Source: Blastocladiella emersonii ATCC 22665
Lineage: Eukaryota; Fungi; Blastocladiomycota
Assembly (NCBI GenBank): GCA_025594325.1
Contig: JANHCV010000002.1
Span: 310,001 to 374,000 of the forward strand
Direction: 5' to 3'
Length of the DNA: 64,000 nt
Shown here: positions 44,097 to 54,794 of the stretch, piece after piece
Numbering within the stretch: the first letter of the stretch is position 1
Layout of the letters: every line of letters starts with the position of its first letter
Program-made: the position numbers and the translations under genes
The notes under the pieces: generated by a model
What the model was told of the DNA's origin: nothing
The model's database searches: none
What the model saw: the letters and a program-made list of their open reading frames with translations, nothing else

Positions 44097-46337
44097 TTAC
44101 ATGAGCCAGCGGCGAATCATGACCGACGCCGCGACGGCCGCGACGCCGCCGAGGCGAAACAGCCACCCGATGGCGTCGTCGGCGGCGCCCGACACCATGG
44201 GCGTGTCCTTGCCGTCGGGGAGCACCGCGAACAGGATCGACGCGACGACGGAGACCACGAGCTGTGGGATCACCACCGCCACGTTGTGCAGGCCCAGGAT
44301 CACGCCGGCCGACGGCATGGCCGTCGCGGGCGAAGGGTCGGCGACCGTCACCGGGGTATCGGGATCCTCGGACTCGAACCCCGACGACCACCCGGCCGCA
44401 TCGGCGGCGGCGGCCGCGTCGAGGTCGGCCATGGACTTGGACCGCGTGGGGACCGGCGCCACGGCGGCGGAGGGCGCGAACAGCGTGGCCGAAGACCCAC
44501 TGGCCGGCAATGGGTCGATGGGCGCGAGCCGCGGCGACGCGTTGGGCGTCTCCTCGAGCGGGAGCGCGACGTACGTCTCGCGGTGCTGCCCGCGGCGGTG
44601 GAACTTGGGCCGACCACCACCATGACGACGCCGATGCGGGCGCGGTCTTACCGCTGCCGGATCGACGATCCGCTCCTCGCTGGCCGCCGTTGCGGGGTCG
44701 GCCGCGACGAGCGCCTCGCCGATGAGCGCCATGGGGACCCAGGTGCCGACGGCCCACGAGTATCCGGCGGAGGCGACGACGAGGATGGCGCCGGCCGTGG
44801 ACGAGATGGCGAGGGTCGCGGCCATGGCGGCGGCAAAGGCGAGCTCGCCGGTCCACCACACCGAGGCGAGCGAGACGGCGCGGTGTGGGCGCAGGTGCGC
44901 AAGGAGGCCGGGCAGGAGCGAGGCGACGAGCAGCGCGACGAGCGAGAAGGCGAAAAAGGCGCGCGAGCCCGTGCGCGCCGCGCGGTCGGCTTGGGCGCCG
45001 TCGAACGGGCTACAGGCAGGGTGCCGAGTGAGTCGGGGTCGGGCGAGACGCGCAGAGGCGAGACGCGCAGAGGCGAGAGCAGCGTACGTGTGCGAGTTGG
45101 TAGCAAACTCGGCGACAAACGTCGAGCTGTAGAAGAGGAACGGGAACCAGCCGAGCCAGCAGAGGACCTGGATGGTGCAGATCTGGGCAATCGAGCGCGG
45201 CAGCCTGGCGACGGCGGCGACCACGTCGCGGACCGACTGCGCGACGCTCTGGACCGTCGACGTCCCATCCTCCGCGCCATCGCCGTTACGGTGCGGCACC
45301 TCGGAGATACTCGCGGTGGTGATGGCGACCGTGATGACAAACGCGACGCCGGCCATGGCGCACACGAGCTGGAGCTGGGCGGCGGGGTTGGCGCCGTGCA
45401 CGAGGCCAAAGGTGGCGGGCCAGTCGACGAACCCGGCCGCGTACCCGATCACGTTGCCCATGCACACCATGGCCGAGGCGGCCGCGTTGGCGGTCGCCTG
45501 CTGCGGCAGCGGGACCACGTCGACGATGAGGGCGCGCGACGCGGCCTGGACCGTGTTGATGGCGAAGTCCATGAGGTAGAAGCCGAAGACCGCAATGGCG
45601 ATGGTGAGCCCCGTCGCCTTGACGGGTCCGTGCTGGTGCTGCTGGGCCGCGTCGGCAAGGTGCGCGGCGAGCGGGTGGACGCCGTCATTGGCGGGGAGGT
45701 CGGGCAGCTTGGGCGCCTCGGGGATCACGGTCGGGTTGGGGGTGCCGCCGAGCGGGCGCGAGAAGGCGACGACGGCCATGGCGAACAGGACGACGGCGGT
45801 GCCCGCAACGATGAAGGGGCGACGGCGGCCCCACGGTAGCGTACATCGGTCCGACAGGGCGCCGACGACGGGCTGGACGAGCAGGCCCGAGACGGGCCCG
45901 GCGAGCCACACGAGCGACGTCCACGCCTTGTCCATGCCGAGCGACAGCAGGTAGGGCGTGCCGTACGCGAGCTCGATGGCCCACGTCAGCTGCAGGCCGA
46001 GCAGGACGAGCGTCAGCGCCGTCAGGCGCAGCGGCGAGAGGCGGCGCGTGGGAACCGCGGGCGAGGACGCGTCGGGATCGTCATCGTCCGAGTCGGCCGT
46101 GGTGAGCGAGGGCGGGGTGGGCAGCGTCGAGGCGAGCGGCGACGGCAGCATGGGAAAGTCGCGCGGCGAGCTCGGGACCGACGACCGGTGCGGCAGCAGC
46201 GCGGGCGACGCGGGCGCGTGCAGCAGGTGCAGCGGCGCGAGCGTCGACGCGCTGTGCGAGCGCAGCAGCGCCGTCGCCGAGTTGGCGGTGCCGCCGCGCG
46301 GGCGCGCGTGGGCGTGCGCGGCGGAGAAGGCGCTCAT
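44097..46337 (-). CDS. Sut1/SUC-type (GPH family) alpha-glucoside/sucrose transporter
   Basis: GLQLTWAIELAYGTPYL, VWLAGPVSGLLVQPVVGALSDRC..WGRRRPFI, DFAINTVQAASRALIVD, GWFPFLFYSS, GLHNVAVVIPQ; probable in-frame 78-nt intron 45010-45087. Confidence 0.9.
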   Translation of the reverse strand: MSAFSAAHAHARPRGGTANSATALLRSHSASTLAPLHLLHAPASPALLPHRSSVPSSPRDFPMLPSPLASTLPTPPSLTTADSDDDDPDASSPAVPTRRLSPLRLTALTLVLLGLQLTWAIELAYGTPYLLSLGMDKAWTSLVWLAGPVSGLLVQPVVGALSDRCTLPWGRRRPFIVAGTAVVLFAMAVVAFSRPLGGTPNPTVIPEAPKLPDLPANDGVHPLAAHLADAAQQHQHGPVKATGLTIAIAVFGFYLMDFAINTVQAASRALIVDVVPLPQQATANAAASAMVCMGNVIGYAAGFVDWPATFGLVHGANPAAQLQLVCAMAGVAFVITVAITTASISEVPHRNGDGAEDGTSTVQSVAQSVRDVVAAVARLPRSIAQICTIQVLCWLGWFPFLFYSSTFVAEFATNSHTYAALASARLASARLARPRLTRHPACSPFDGAQADRAARTGSRAFFAFSLVALLVASLLPGLLAHLRPHRAVSLASVWWTGELAFAAAMAATLAISSTAGAILVVASAGYSWAVGTWVPMALIGEALVAADPATAASEERIVDPAAVRPRPHRRRHGGGRPKFHRRGQHRETYVALPLEETPNASPRLAPIDPLPASGSSATLFAPSAAVAPVPTRSKSMADLDAAAAADAAGWSSGFESEDPDTPVTVADPSPATAMPSAGVILGLHNVAVVIPQLVVSVVASILFAVLPDGKDTPMVSGAADDAIGWLFRLGGVAAVAASVMIRRWLM

Positions 46338-47165
46338 GGCGCGCGGTGTGTGCTTGATGTGTAGAGGGTGACTGGACGCGAGAATGATGGAGTCAGTGAT
46401 GTGTCGGAGGGCGTGCCGGCGCGAGTGCAGGCAGTACCGATGCGTGGGGGTGCGTGGATGGGCCGATGGGCCGTATTACGAGGGTGGTCGGGGAGAGCGC
46501 GCGTCTCGCCGCCATGGCCGCCGCGCCTTTTGAGGGGCGATCGGCGCGCCGCGCACGCAGCGGCATGTGATTCGTTCGACGGAGCGCGTGTGTCTCGCAC
46601 GCGCGCTGCGTGAGAGACGCGTCGCCGGCTCACCGATAACGCGCGCGACGCGCCGCGCCTGCCACGCGTATCAGCCCGCCCGCACGTCGGCGGCCCGCTG
46701 CCTAAACTTGCCTCGCCTCCGCTTCCGCCCTCCCCGCTGCTATCCATCCATCGGGCCATCGGACCTCCGGGCCAGCGAGCGAGTCGCAGTCAGCAGCGTG
46801 AGCCGCCGTCGATCGCGGCCCCCCAACGGCTGCGTGGCCACGCGTATAAAGAGCCGCTGCGCCCCCCACCCCGGCGCTGCTCCTCTTCCGCGCCCTCCCT
46901 CCCTGCTGTTCTGCACCGACGCGCTGCCGCCCGAGTGCTGCTGCCGCAAGTACGTCGCCGCGCCGCCACCTCATGCATGCATCGACACCATGAATCTTCT
47001 GCGCTTATGCATCGGGCCGATCGGTTGACCTCGACATCATCCAGCCGTCCCCGTCCCCCTCTCGCCGTCGTCGTCGCCGTCCTCCCGTAGAGACTCCTAC
47101 CCTCGTCCCGCGACGACCCCACCCGCACACTGCCCGCCGCCCTCTTGTCGTCGTCGTCGCCTCGC

Positions 47166-48527
47166 ATGCAGCGCCGCGCCGGATCCGACCTGCCGCCGCC
47201 GCTGTCCCCGACCACGCTCGCCCCGCCCGCCTGGTCGCGCATTGCACACCACCCCAAGTCGCAGAACCCAAAACACCAGCGCACCGGGTCTGACGCCTCG
47301 TCGACGTCGCGCTCCTCGGACTCGGAGGTCGATCTCAACTCGTCGGACGCTGCCGATCCGCTCGCCGCGTCGTGCCCCGCCCACCTCCTGCACCAGCGCG
47401 CGCGCACGCCGTCGCCGCCACCACCAGCTGCGCTAGACGCGGTCGCGACCGCGGACCCGCTCCCGCCACCGCCCGCGCACGCGGTCCCGCACCCGCACGC
47501 GCCGCAGTCGGCCGCCGAGGCCCACCACCACTTCCACCCGGCCGCCGTCCCGCTCGCCGCGCTCGTCGAGGGGATCGCGAGCGTCTCGCTACCGCACCCG
47601 GCTACGCCGACTACCGCTACGACTACTGCGTCGGACCGGAGACGTCCCGCGCCGCTCGCTTCACCAACAGCCCCCGACACCAACATGTCGCAGGCGTCTG
47701 CAGCGCGGTCCAGCTCGCGGTCGGCGCCGAACCTGGCGGCAGTCGCCGTGTCGAGCGAGGTGATGAAGCTGACGCCGTACACGTTCCCGACGGAGCGGCT
47801 GCAGCTGGTGCAGCAGGACCCGCGCAAGGAGCCGCTCGTCCTCGTGGCGTGCGGGTCGTACTCGCCCATCACGTACCTGCACCTGCGCATGTTCGAGATG
47901 GCCATGGACTCGGTGAGCGAGGCGGGCCGGTTCGAGATGCTGGGCGGGTACTTTTCGCCCGTGCACGACGGGTACGGCAAGATCGGGCTCGCGTCGGCCG
48001 AGCACCGCGTCGCCATGTGCCGGCTCGCGGCGACCGCGTCCGACTGGCTCATGGTCGACGCGTGGGAGCCGTCGCAGCCCGCGTACGTGCGCACGATCGC
48101 GGTGCTGGACCACTTCCACCACGAGCTCAACGTGGTGCGCGGCGGGGTCACGCTGCCGGACGGGACGCGGCGGCCGATCCGCATCATGCTGCTGGCGGGC
48201 GGCGACCTGATCGAGTCGTTCGGGACGCCGAACCTGTGGGCCGAGGCGGACCTGCACCGGATCCTGGGCGAGTACGGGTGCTTCATCATCGAGCGCACGG
48301 GCACCGACGTGTGGGCGTTCCTGCTGTCGCACGACATTCTGTACGAGCACCGGCGGAACGTGTTCGTCGTCAAGCAGCTCATCTACAACGACATCAGCTC
48401 GACCAAGGTGCGCCTGTTCGTCAAGCGCAACATGTCCATCAAGTACCTCGTCCCCGACTCGGTCATGCACCACATCTACGCCCACCGCCTGTACATTGGC
48501 GAGCGCGAGCCGCCGTCGGCCGTCTAG
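47166..48527 (+). CDS. NMA1: Nicotinamide/nicotinate mononucleotide adenylyltransferase with a low-complexity N-terminal extension
   Basis: ACGSYSPITYLHLRMFEMA, GGYFSPVHDGYGK, HRVAMCRLA, LLAGGDLIESF, NDISSTKVRLFVKRNMSIKYLVP; start codon uncertain. Confidence 0.95.
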   Translation: MQRRAGSDLPPPLSPTTLAPPAWSRIAHHPKSQNPKHQRTGSDASSTSRSSDSEVDLNSSDAADPLAASCPAHLLHQRARTPSPPPPAALDAVATADPLPPPPAHAVPHPHAPQSAAEAHHHFHPAAVPLAALVEGIASVSLPHPATPTTATTTASDRRRPAPLASPTAPDTNMSQASAARSSSRSAPNLAAVAVSSEVMKLTPYTFPTERLQLVQQDPRKEPLVLVACGSYSPITYLHLRMFEMAMDSVSEAGRFEMLGGYFSPVHDGYGKIGLASAEHRVAMCRLAATASDWLMVDAWEPSQPAYVRTIAVLDHFHHELNVVRGGVTLPDGTRRPIRIMLLAGGDLIESFGTPNLWAEADLHRILGEYGCFIIERTGTDVWAFLLSHDILYEHRRNVFVVKQLIYNDISSTKVRLFVKRNMSIKYLVPDSVMHHIYAHRLYIGEREPPSAV

Positions 48528-49471
48528 TCTAGTTTGATCCCCCTCCTCGTATTCTATTCTATGACCTGCTCTATATGCTCTCCCTCTCTCCTCTGCCTCT
48601 TCGTCGCGTCGGCCGGCGCGTCGGCCGGGTTGAAAATCCCGAATCCTCGGCTCCCTCGGCTCGGCCCAGTTGTTTGAGGTCGCTGGGCCCACGCTGGTCG
48701 GCCGCCGGTGCCACACTCGCCTCCGCCGCGTCCTTCCTTCCGCCTCACCCGTGGGCGAGCTCTGCTTGACCGCCACACACAGAGACTCGAAGCCCTCGAC
48801 TGAGAACGTTCGCCTGCTCGCCAGCGGGCCCTCCGCTGTCCTCGAGAGAGAGCGCAGAGGAAGGGATCAGCGCCCGATCACCGTCCACGTCGCGGCGCTG
48901 CCACACGTCGCCGCCTCCGCCACCAGCGACCTCGCCTCCTCCGCTCCGCCACTGTGCTTGCCCCCGACCATCTCGACGGTGCGCCGCGCCCACCGTCACC
49001 GTCACCGACTTGGCGCAACGTAACCGCGCATCGAATCCGTCGCGCCCCGCCGCGTCGTGGCCAAGCCCCTCGTTCCGCTCCACCTCGACCGTCTCGCCCG
49101 ACGACCTGGCTGGTGCTGTGCTGCGACCCGCGAGCCCCGCCTGACCCCAGCGCCAGCGCCAGCGCCATCTTCGGTCCCTGAGCGTCGACTGCGACCGACT
49201 ACGCATCACGCACCAGCAGCGACAACGACTCGGTGCAACTGCATGCACACGTCGCGCTAGCCGGCCTGGTCGCTTCTCGTCACCCGCTCGCCGCTCGACG
49301 ACGACGATCACCCGTCCGTCAGACTAGACGACGACGGCCCTCCACGCCTAGACTCTAGACGCCGCTAGACCCGCACTACTACTACCGGTACCCACCTCGC
49401 CCCCTTCACGCGCGCGAGTGATCCCATCGCTGATCGCCTCCACGTGCGCAGCCAACTAGATACCCATCACC

Positions 49472-52400
49472 ATGGCGTCCAACGCGCCCAACTTCACGCT
49501 GACGGCGTCGCTCACCTTCCTCGACTCGCGCGCGTGCACCGCCTCGCCGCGGCCCGCGGCCGCGCGCATGTTCGTCGGCGGCAACCTGACCGCCGTGTCC
49601 TCGGACTCCCGCGTCATGCTGCGCCCGTGGCTCGTGCAGTGGACGTACCCGCACGACAAGCGCGCCGCGGTCGCCGCGCTGTGGACCGTCGACGGCAAGA
49701 TGGCCAACTTCTCGGGCGAGGGGATCAAGAATCCCGACACGGCGCTGTTCCCGAACCTGTCGCCGACCGCCGCGCTCGACGTGATCGCCGCGACCAACTC
49801 GCCGCCCGGCCCGCCCGCGCCCGCCGCACGGACGGAAGCCGTCTTCTTCAACATGTCGATCCCGTGCCCCGCCAGCAGCGGCGCCAGCGAGGTCGCCGGA
49901 CACGGCTTCCCGGCAACGTGGGGGATCCAGTTCCTGCTCGACGGCGGCGTGGGCGACGCGGGCACCGTCGACGCCAAGAGCACCTTCTGGGTCGTGCGCG
50001 ACGACCGCGACGCGCAGCTCGCCGCCATGGCCGCCGCCGCAAAGAGCGTCGGGTCCGACTTCAAACCGCCCGGCGACCCGTTCACGCGGTGGCCGGTCGG
50101 CGACGCGCCCGCCGACGGGTCCGCGCCCGCCGCGCCGACCAACGGCGCGGACGCGGGCATCACCGGCTTGCTCAGCGCGTCGGGCGGCCTGACCGCGGCG
50201 TTCATCGCGGTCGTCGCCGTGTGCGTGCTCACGTCCGTGCTCGTCGTCGCCCTGCTCGTCCTCAAGCGCAAGTCGACCACGGGCGACAGCTCGACGGGCG
50301 CCTCGCCCAGCTCATCCTCGGGATCGCGCCGCGGTGCTGCGTCCCCGCCCCCGCGCCCGCCGCGCGGCGCGCCCGAGGCCCTGCCCAGCAACCTCCACTC
50401 GCGCGCCCAGATGATCCAGATGCAGCAGCAGGAGGAGTTGCAGCGGTTCCGCGACTCGCAGAGCAACATCGGGTCGGCGGGCGGTGCCGCGGGCGCGAAA
50501 CACGTCTCGTTCGGCTCGCCCGTCGCCGAGCCAAGGCCCACCGCGCTCGTCCAGCAGCGCCGCACCCCGCCCGACGCCGTGTACCACAACAACAACAACA
50601 ACAACAACGCGTATGCGCGCGCGTCCGACAGCGAGCTCGGGTCCGCGTCCGTCGTCAGCAGCAGCGTGGTCCCGTCGCACCCCGCGGGTCCACCACCGCG
50701 CCGCGGCCCGTCATCCGCGGTCGGGTTCCCGAAACGCGACTCGACGACGCAGACCGCGCACCCGCCCGTCGTCGTGCACCGCGACGCGTCCACGTCGCCG
50801 CTGCGCGACCAGGCGGGCGCCGCGTCGCCGCCGCCACCCAGGCAGAAGCAGCATTCCGCGCCGTCGCCGTCGCTCGTCTCGTCGCTCGGCCAGGACCTCC
50901 CCGCGCCGCCCTCGCTCGCGATCGGCGCGCCGATCCTGAATGTGGCGGATGCAGGCGCGCCGCCGCCGGTGCGGACCGCCGAGTCGGGCGCACCGGTCTA
51001 CTTATCGAGCTCGCGCCAGGTCACGGACCCCGTCCCGTCGCCCGCCGCGGCGCACCCCGGTGCTACCGCCAACCAGTGGGCGCTCAAGGACGGGCTCGAG
51101 GTGCTGCGCCAGCAGGAGGAGCAGCAGTGGCGGCGCATGGAGGAGCAGCGCGCGCACCCGTCCTCGTCGCCGTACCCGCCGCCGCCGCCTCCCCCTTCCG
51201 CGCCCACCGCCTCGGCGTCCGCGAAACCGCGCCAGTCCGAGATCGAGCGCGACCAGGAAATGCTCCTGTTCGACCAGCTGTCGGACCTGCTGCGGCAGCA
51301 CGAGGAGCAGCGGCGGCGCCGCGCCGAGCAGCCCGCGTCGCCCACGGCCGCTGTGGCGAGTATGCCCGTCATCGACCACTCGCCGTCGCCCGCGTCCTCG
51401 TCCAACGCCGCGACGTCGGGCACCGCGGCCGAGATCACCGCCGCCCGCATGCAGGCGCTCATCGAGGAGGAGCTCGCGGCGCGGCTGCAGCAGCAGCAGC
51501 AGTGGCAGTCCCAGCAGCCGCAGCCGCCACCACCCCCGCCGCCGCCTGTCACGAGCAGCGACTCCGTGTACCGCCCGCCGCAGACGCGCCCGCGGTCCAA
51601 CTCGGGCCCGCCGCCGCGCCGCCGGTCCGCGAGCTCGGTCTCGAGCAGCGGTGGGCGCGGGTCGCTGCTCCTCGAGGACGTGGAGCGCATGGGCATGCAC
51701 GGCGAGGGGCCCGCGAACGGCGGCCGCGCGTCGCTCCCGCGCCACCTGCAGGAGCAGCACCAGGTCGCTGCGGGCACGCCGCCGCTGGCGCAGAACCCGA
51801 ACGTCGGGCCCGCGTGGCAGGCGCGGTCGGGGGCCGCCGGGAAACACGTCCCGGCGCCCATCGATACCGCGGCCGCGTCGCGGATCCCGCCGCCGCCCAT
51901 GGACGGGCCCGTGCCGAACGTGTCGGCGCCCAACTCGCCCGCGGTCCCGCGGTTCTTTGCGCCGCCGCCGCGGCCGGGGTCCGGGCAGGGTCCGCCCGGC
52001 GGCGGCGGGGGCGGCGGGCTCGCGGTCCCGTCGATTTTCGTGGTGCCGCCCAGCACGTCGACGCCGTCCATCGACTACCCGCCGTATTTCGAGGAGGACG
52101 AGGACCTCGACGGGACGATCCGCGGGACCATCATGGGCGACCCGCCCGAGCTGCTCGACGGCGACGAGTACTACGACGACGACGGGTACGGGTACGACGA
52201 GCGTGTCGGCGGGTACCGGTACTATGATGAAGATGACCGGCGGTACAGCGACGAGGACGGGTACTACGAGATCCACGACGACCACGGGGTGGGTGGGCCG
52301 GCACCTGCCGAGTACACGTACCAGCGCACCCCGCCGCCCGCCGCGCCCGTCGCGCTGATCGTCGACTCGGACCCGTCCGACGAAGAGTCGCCCGTCTCGA

Positions 52401-54406
52401 CCCGGTTCCCGACCGCTGGCGCGGGGCCCGCGCCCGCCGCGGTGCCCTCGTCGATCCTCGCGTCGGCTGCGGCGAACCCGCCGGCACCCGCCCCCGCGCA
52501 GCAGGCGCAGTCGCAGAACGTGGACCTCGCGACGCTCATGGCCATGATGATGGGGATGAGCGAGCAGGCCGCCGCGGGCGAGCGCGCGCAGCACCAGCTC
52601 GCGGGGTACCGGGGTCCCAACACCGCTGCCACCGCCGCCGCCGCACCCCCGCCGCAACAGCCGCCCTCGCCCTCGTCGTCCTCGGCGTACGCCAACGACC
52701 CGCGGTTCGAGCCCGCGACGCGGTTCAAGCCGCGCCCGCCGACCCACCACCACCACCACCACCAGCAGGTTTCGTCGCCGACCCCGCCCGCGGCCACCAG
52801 CGGCATGTACGCCGACGACACGGACGCGAGCAGCAGCGACGACGAGGACGAGGACTTTGTCCTGCACATGAACACGCCGCCGCCGCCGCCGCCGCCGCCC
52901 TCGAACGTCGGGCAACACGCGGTCCAGCCGCCGCCTCAGTCCCCGCTGCGCCACCGGTACCAGGCGCAAGCGGCGGCCGACCAGCAGCGCCAGCTCGCGC
53001 AGCACGCGCGCGCCGAGATGGAGCGCCGCCAGCTGCAGGCCGAGGCCGCGGCGGCAGCTGCCGAGGAGGAAGAGACCGAGCGCCGCCGCGAACTCGCGTG
53101 GCGCGAGGAGCAGGCAAGGCTCGCGCGCGAGCACCAGGCGCGCGCAATCGCCGAGCGCGAGCGGCTGGCTCGGGAGCGCGAACGGGCGGAGCAGGCGCGC
53201 GCGGAACAGGAACGCGCGGCGCGGGATCGCGCCGAGCAGGAGCGGGTCGCTCGCGAGAACCAGATGCGTGCCGAGCAGGAGCGCGTCATGCGCGAGCGCG
53301 CCGAGCAGGAGCGCGTCATGCGCGAGCGCGCCGAGCAGGAACGCCAGGCCCGCGAGCGCGCCGAGCGCGAGCGGGTCGCGCGCGAGCAGCAGCAGCTGCG
53401 TGCCGAGCAAGAACGCCAGGCGCGCGAGCGCGCAGAACACGAACGCCAGGTCCGCGAGCAGCAGCTGCGCGCCGAGCAGGAGCGCCTCGCGCGGGAACAT
53501 GCCGAGCAGGAGCGCCGCGCGCGCGAGGTCGCGGAACAGGCCCGCATCGCGCAGGAGCGCGCCGAGCAGGAACGCCTGGCGCGCGAGCGGCTCGCGCAGC
53601 AGCACCTCCGCGAGCTCGAGCGCATCCAGCAGGAGCAGCAGCGGCTGCAGCTCGAGCAGCAGCGCATCCAGCAGCAGCTCCAGCAACAGCAGGCGCAGGC
53701 CAACGACGCGTCGCCGCCGCCCGCGCGGACTCGGTCGCAGTACTACCGCCAGCAGCAGCAGCCGTCGGCGCAGCCGGGTAGCGGCGCGCCGCCGCCGCCG
53801 CGGTCGGTCCAGCAGTCGGCGCGGCCGCAGCAGCAGCAGGGTCAGGGCCAGCAGTACCCGCCGCCCCCGCCGCCGTCCTCGTTGCAGCAGCAGCAACAGC
53901 AGATGCAGATGCGCCAGTATCAACAACAGCAGTCCCGCGTCCAGCACCACGACTCGGACTCGGACACGGACCACGAGGACGCGCCGCCGCCGCACCAGCT
54001 CCCTCCGCCGCCGGTGCGCCAGTCGCAGTACCAGCCCCCACCCTCCTCCGCTTCCTCCGCGACACGCTACCGCCCACCGCCGATCCAGCTCGCCGCGGCT
54101 GCGACCCAGCCGACGCCCGTCACCGCCGTCGTGCAGTCACCGCCGATCCTGTCGCCGCGCCCGCAGCGCAGTCTGCCGGACCTCGCGCGCCGCGTCGAGC
54201 TCGCGGCAGTCGCCGCGATGCCACCGCAGCCACCGCCGCCTGTCGCGCCCGCGGCTGAGACCGCAGGCCAGGCGCCACCTCCGCAGCGAAACCCGAACGC
54301 GCAGTACGTGCCGCCCGCGCGGTTCGTCAACCCGAACCGCCGACGTGCGCCCACGTATGTTCCGCCCGGAGCTGGCCAGCAACCGCAGCAGCAGCGGCGA
54401 CAGTGA
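49472..54406 (+). CDS. Large single-pass membrane protein (1644 aa): short ectodomain, TM, Pro/Gln-rich disordered tail with a charged coiled coil
   Basis: Continuous GC3-rich ORF; TM LTAAFIAVVAVCVLTSVLVVALLVL followed by KRK; RERAEQE repeats. No clear signal peptide, so the 5' end may be incomplete. Confidence 0.7.
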   Translation: MASNAPNFTLTASLTFLDSRACTASPRPAAARMFVGGNLTAVSSDSRVMLRPWLVQWTYPHDKRAAVAALWTVDGKMANFSGEGIKNPDTALFPNLSPTAALDVIAATNSPPGPPAPAARTEAVFFNMSIPCPASSGASEVAGHGFPATWGIQFLLDGGVGDAGTVDAKSTFWVVRDDRDAQLAAMAAAAKSVGSDFKPPGDPFTRWPVGDAPADGSAPAAPTNGADAGITGLLSASGGLTAAFIAVVAVCVLTSVLVVALLVLKRKSTTGDSSTGASPSSSSGSRRGAASPPPRPPRGAPEALPSNLHSRAQMIQMQQQEELQRFRDSQSNIGSAGGAAGAKHVSFGSPVAEPRPTALVQQRRTPPDAVYHNNNNNNNAYARASDSELGSASVVSSSVVPSHPAGPPPRRGPSSAVGFPKRDSTTQTAHPPVVVHRDASTSPLRDQAGAASPPPPRQKQHSAPSPSLVSSLGQDLPAPPSLAIGAPILNVADAGAPPPVRTAESGAPVYLSSSRQVTDPVPSPAAAHPGATANQWALKDGLEVLRQQEEQQWRRMEEQRAHPSSSPYPPPPPPPSAPTASASAKPRQSEIERDQEMLLFDQLSDLLRQHEEQRRRRAEQPASPTAAVASMPVIDHSPSPASSSNAATSGTAAEITAARMQALIEEELAARLQQQQQWQSQQPQPPPPPPPPVTSSDSVYRPPQTRPRSNSGPPPRRRSASSVSSSGGRGSLLLEDVERMGMHGEGPANGGRASLPRHLQEQHQVAAGTPPLAQNPNVGPAWQARSGAAGKHVPAPIDTAAASRIPPPPMDGPVPNVSAPNSPAVPRFFAPPPRPGSGQGPPGGGGGGGLAVPSIFVVPPSTSTPSIDYPPYFEEDEDLDGTIRGTIMGDPPELLDGDEYYDDDGYGYDERVGGYRYYDEDDRRYSDEDGYYEIHDDHGVGGPAPAEYTYQRTPPPAAPVALIVDSDPSDEESPVSTRFPTAGAGPAPAAVPSSILASAAANPPAPAPAQQAQSQNVDLATLMAMMMGMSEQAAAGERAQHQLAGYRGPNTAATAAAAPPPQQPPSPSSSSAYANDPRFEPATRFKPRPPTHHHHHHQQVSSPTPPAATSGMYADDTDASSSDDEDEDFVLHMNTPPPPPPPPSNVGQHAVQPPPQSPLRHRYQAQAAADQQRQLAQHARAEMERRQLQAEAAAAAAEEEETERRRELAWREEQARLAREHQARAIAERERLARERERAEQARAEQERAARDRAEQERVARENQMRAEQERVMRERAEQERVMRERAEQERQARERAERERVAREQQQLRAEQERQARERAEHERQVREQQLRAEQERLAREHAEQERRAREVAEQARIAQERAEQERLARERLAQQHLRELERIQQEQQRLQLEQQRIQQQLQQQQAQANDASPPPARTRSQYYRQQQQPSAQPGSGAPPPPRSVQQSARPQQQQGQGQQYPPPPPPSSLQQQQQQMQMRQYQQQQSRVQHHDSDSDTDHEDAPPPHQLPPPPVRQSQYQPPPSSASSATRYRPPPIQLAAAATQPTPVTAVVQSPPILSPRPQRSLPDLARRVELAAVAAMPPQPPPPVAPAAETAGQAPPPQRNPNAQYVPPARFVNPNRRRAPTYVPPGAGQQPQQQRRQ
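53270..53340. repeat. Exact 30-bp coding tandem repeat (AEQERVMRER) within a longer degenerate coiled-coil repeat array
   Basis: gccgagcaggagcgcgtcatgcgcgagcgc repeated twice plus a partial copy. Confidence 0.8.
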
Positions 54407-54794
54407 GCGGGTGGGTGAGCGTGAGGACGACCAGTTTTGAATAGATTTTCCCCTGTATCGTGTGTACTTCATCATCATCTCCTGCGGGCTCGAGGGAACG
54501 GGTGCGAGCGTCGATCTGAAGGAGGCGAGATGAGGGCGGCGGCGACCAAGTCGCGGCCACGGCCATGGCCGCCGTCGCGACGCGGTTCACCCGACACCAC
54601 TCACGTCCGTATCAACAATCCGAGCAGTTTGAGTGAAGATAAGAGTATATGTGGACCGTCTATGCAAGAAACTAGGCAAGGCATCAAAGGGAAGTTGAGG
54701 GTGGGGGAAGGGATTGGTTATCATCATCATCATCGTCGTACTTGACCTCGTAGCCCGCGACACCCGCAGGCTACCAACACTCCGCCGTGCTCGT

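Noticed and set aside
49444-53995. Very long overlapping ORFs (49444..52227 +, 51002..53995 -, 50940..52358 +)
   Set aside because: Shadow frames of the GC-rich 49472-54406 gene; Arg/Ala-rich with no motifs.
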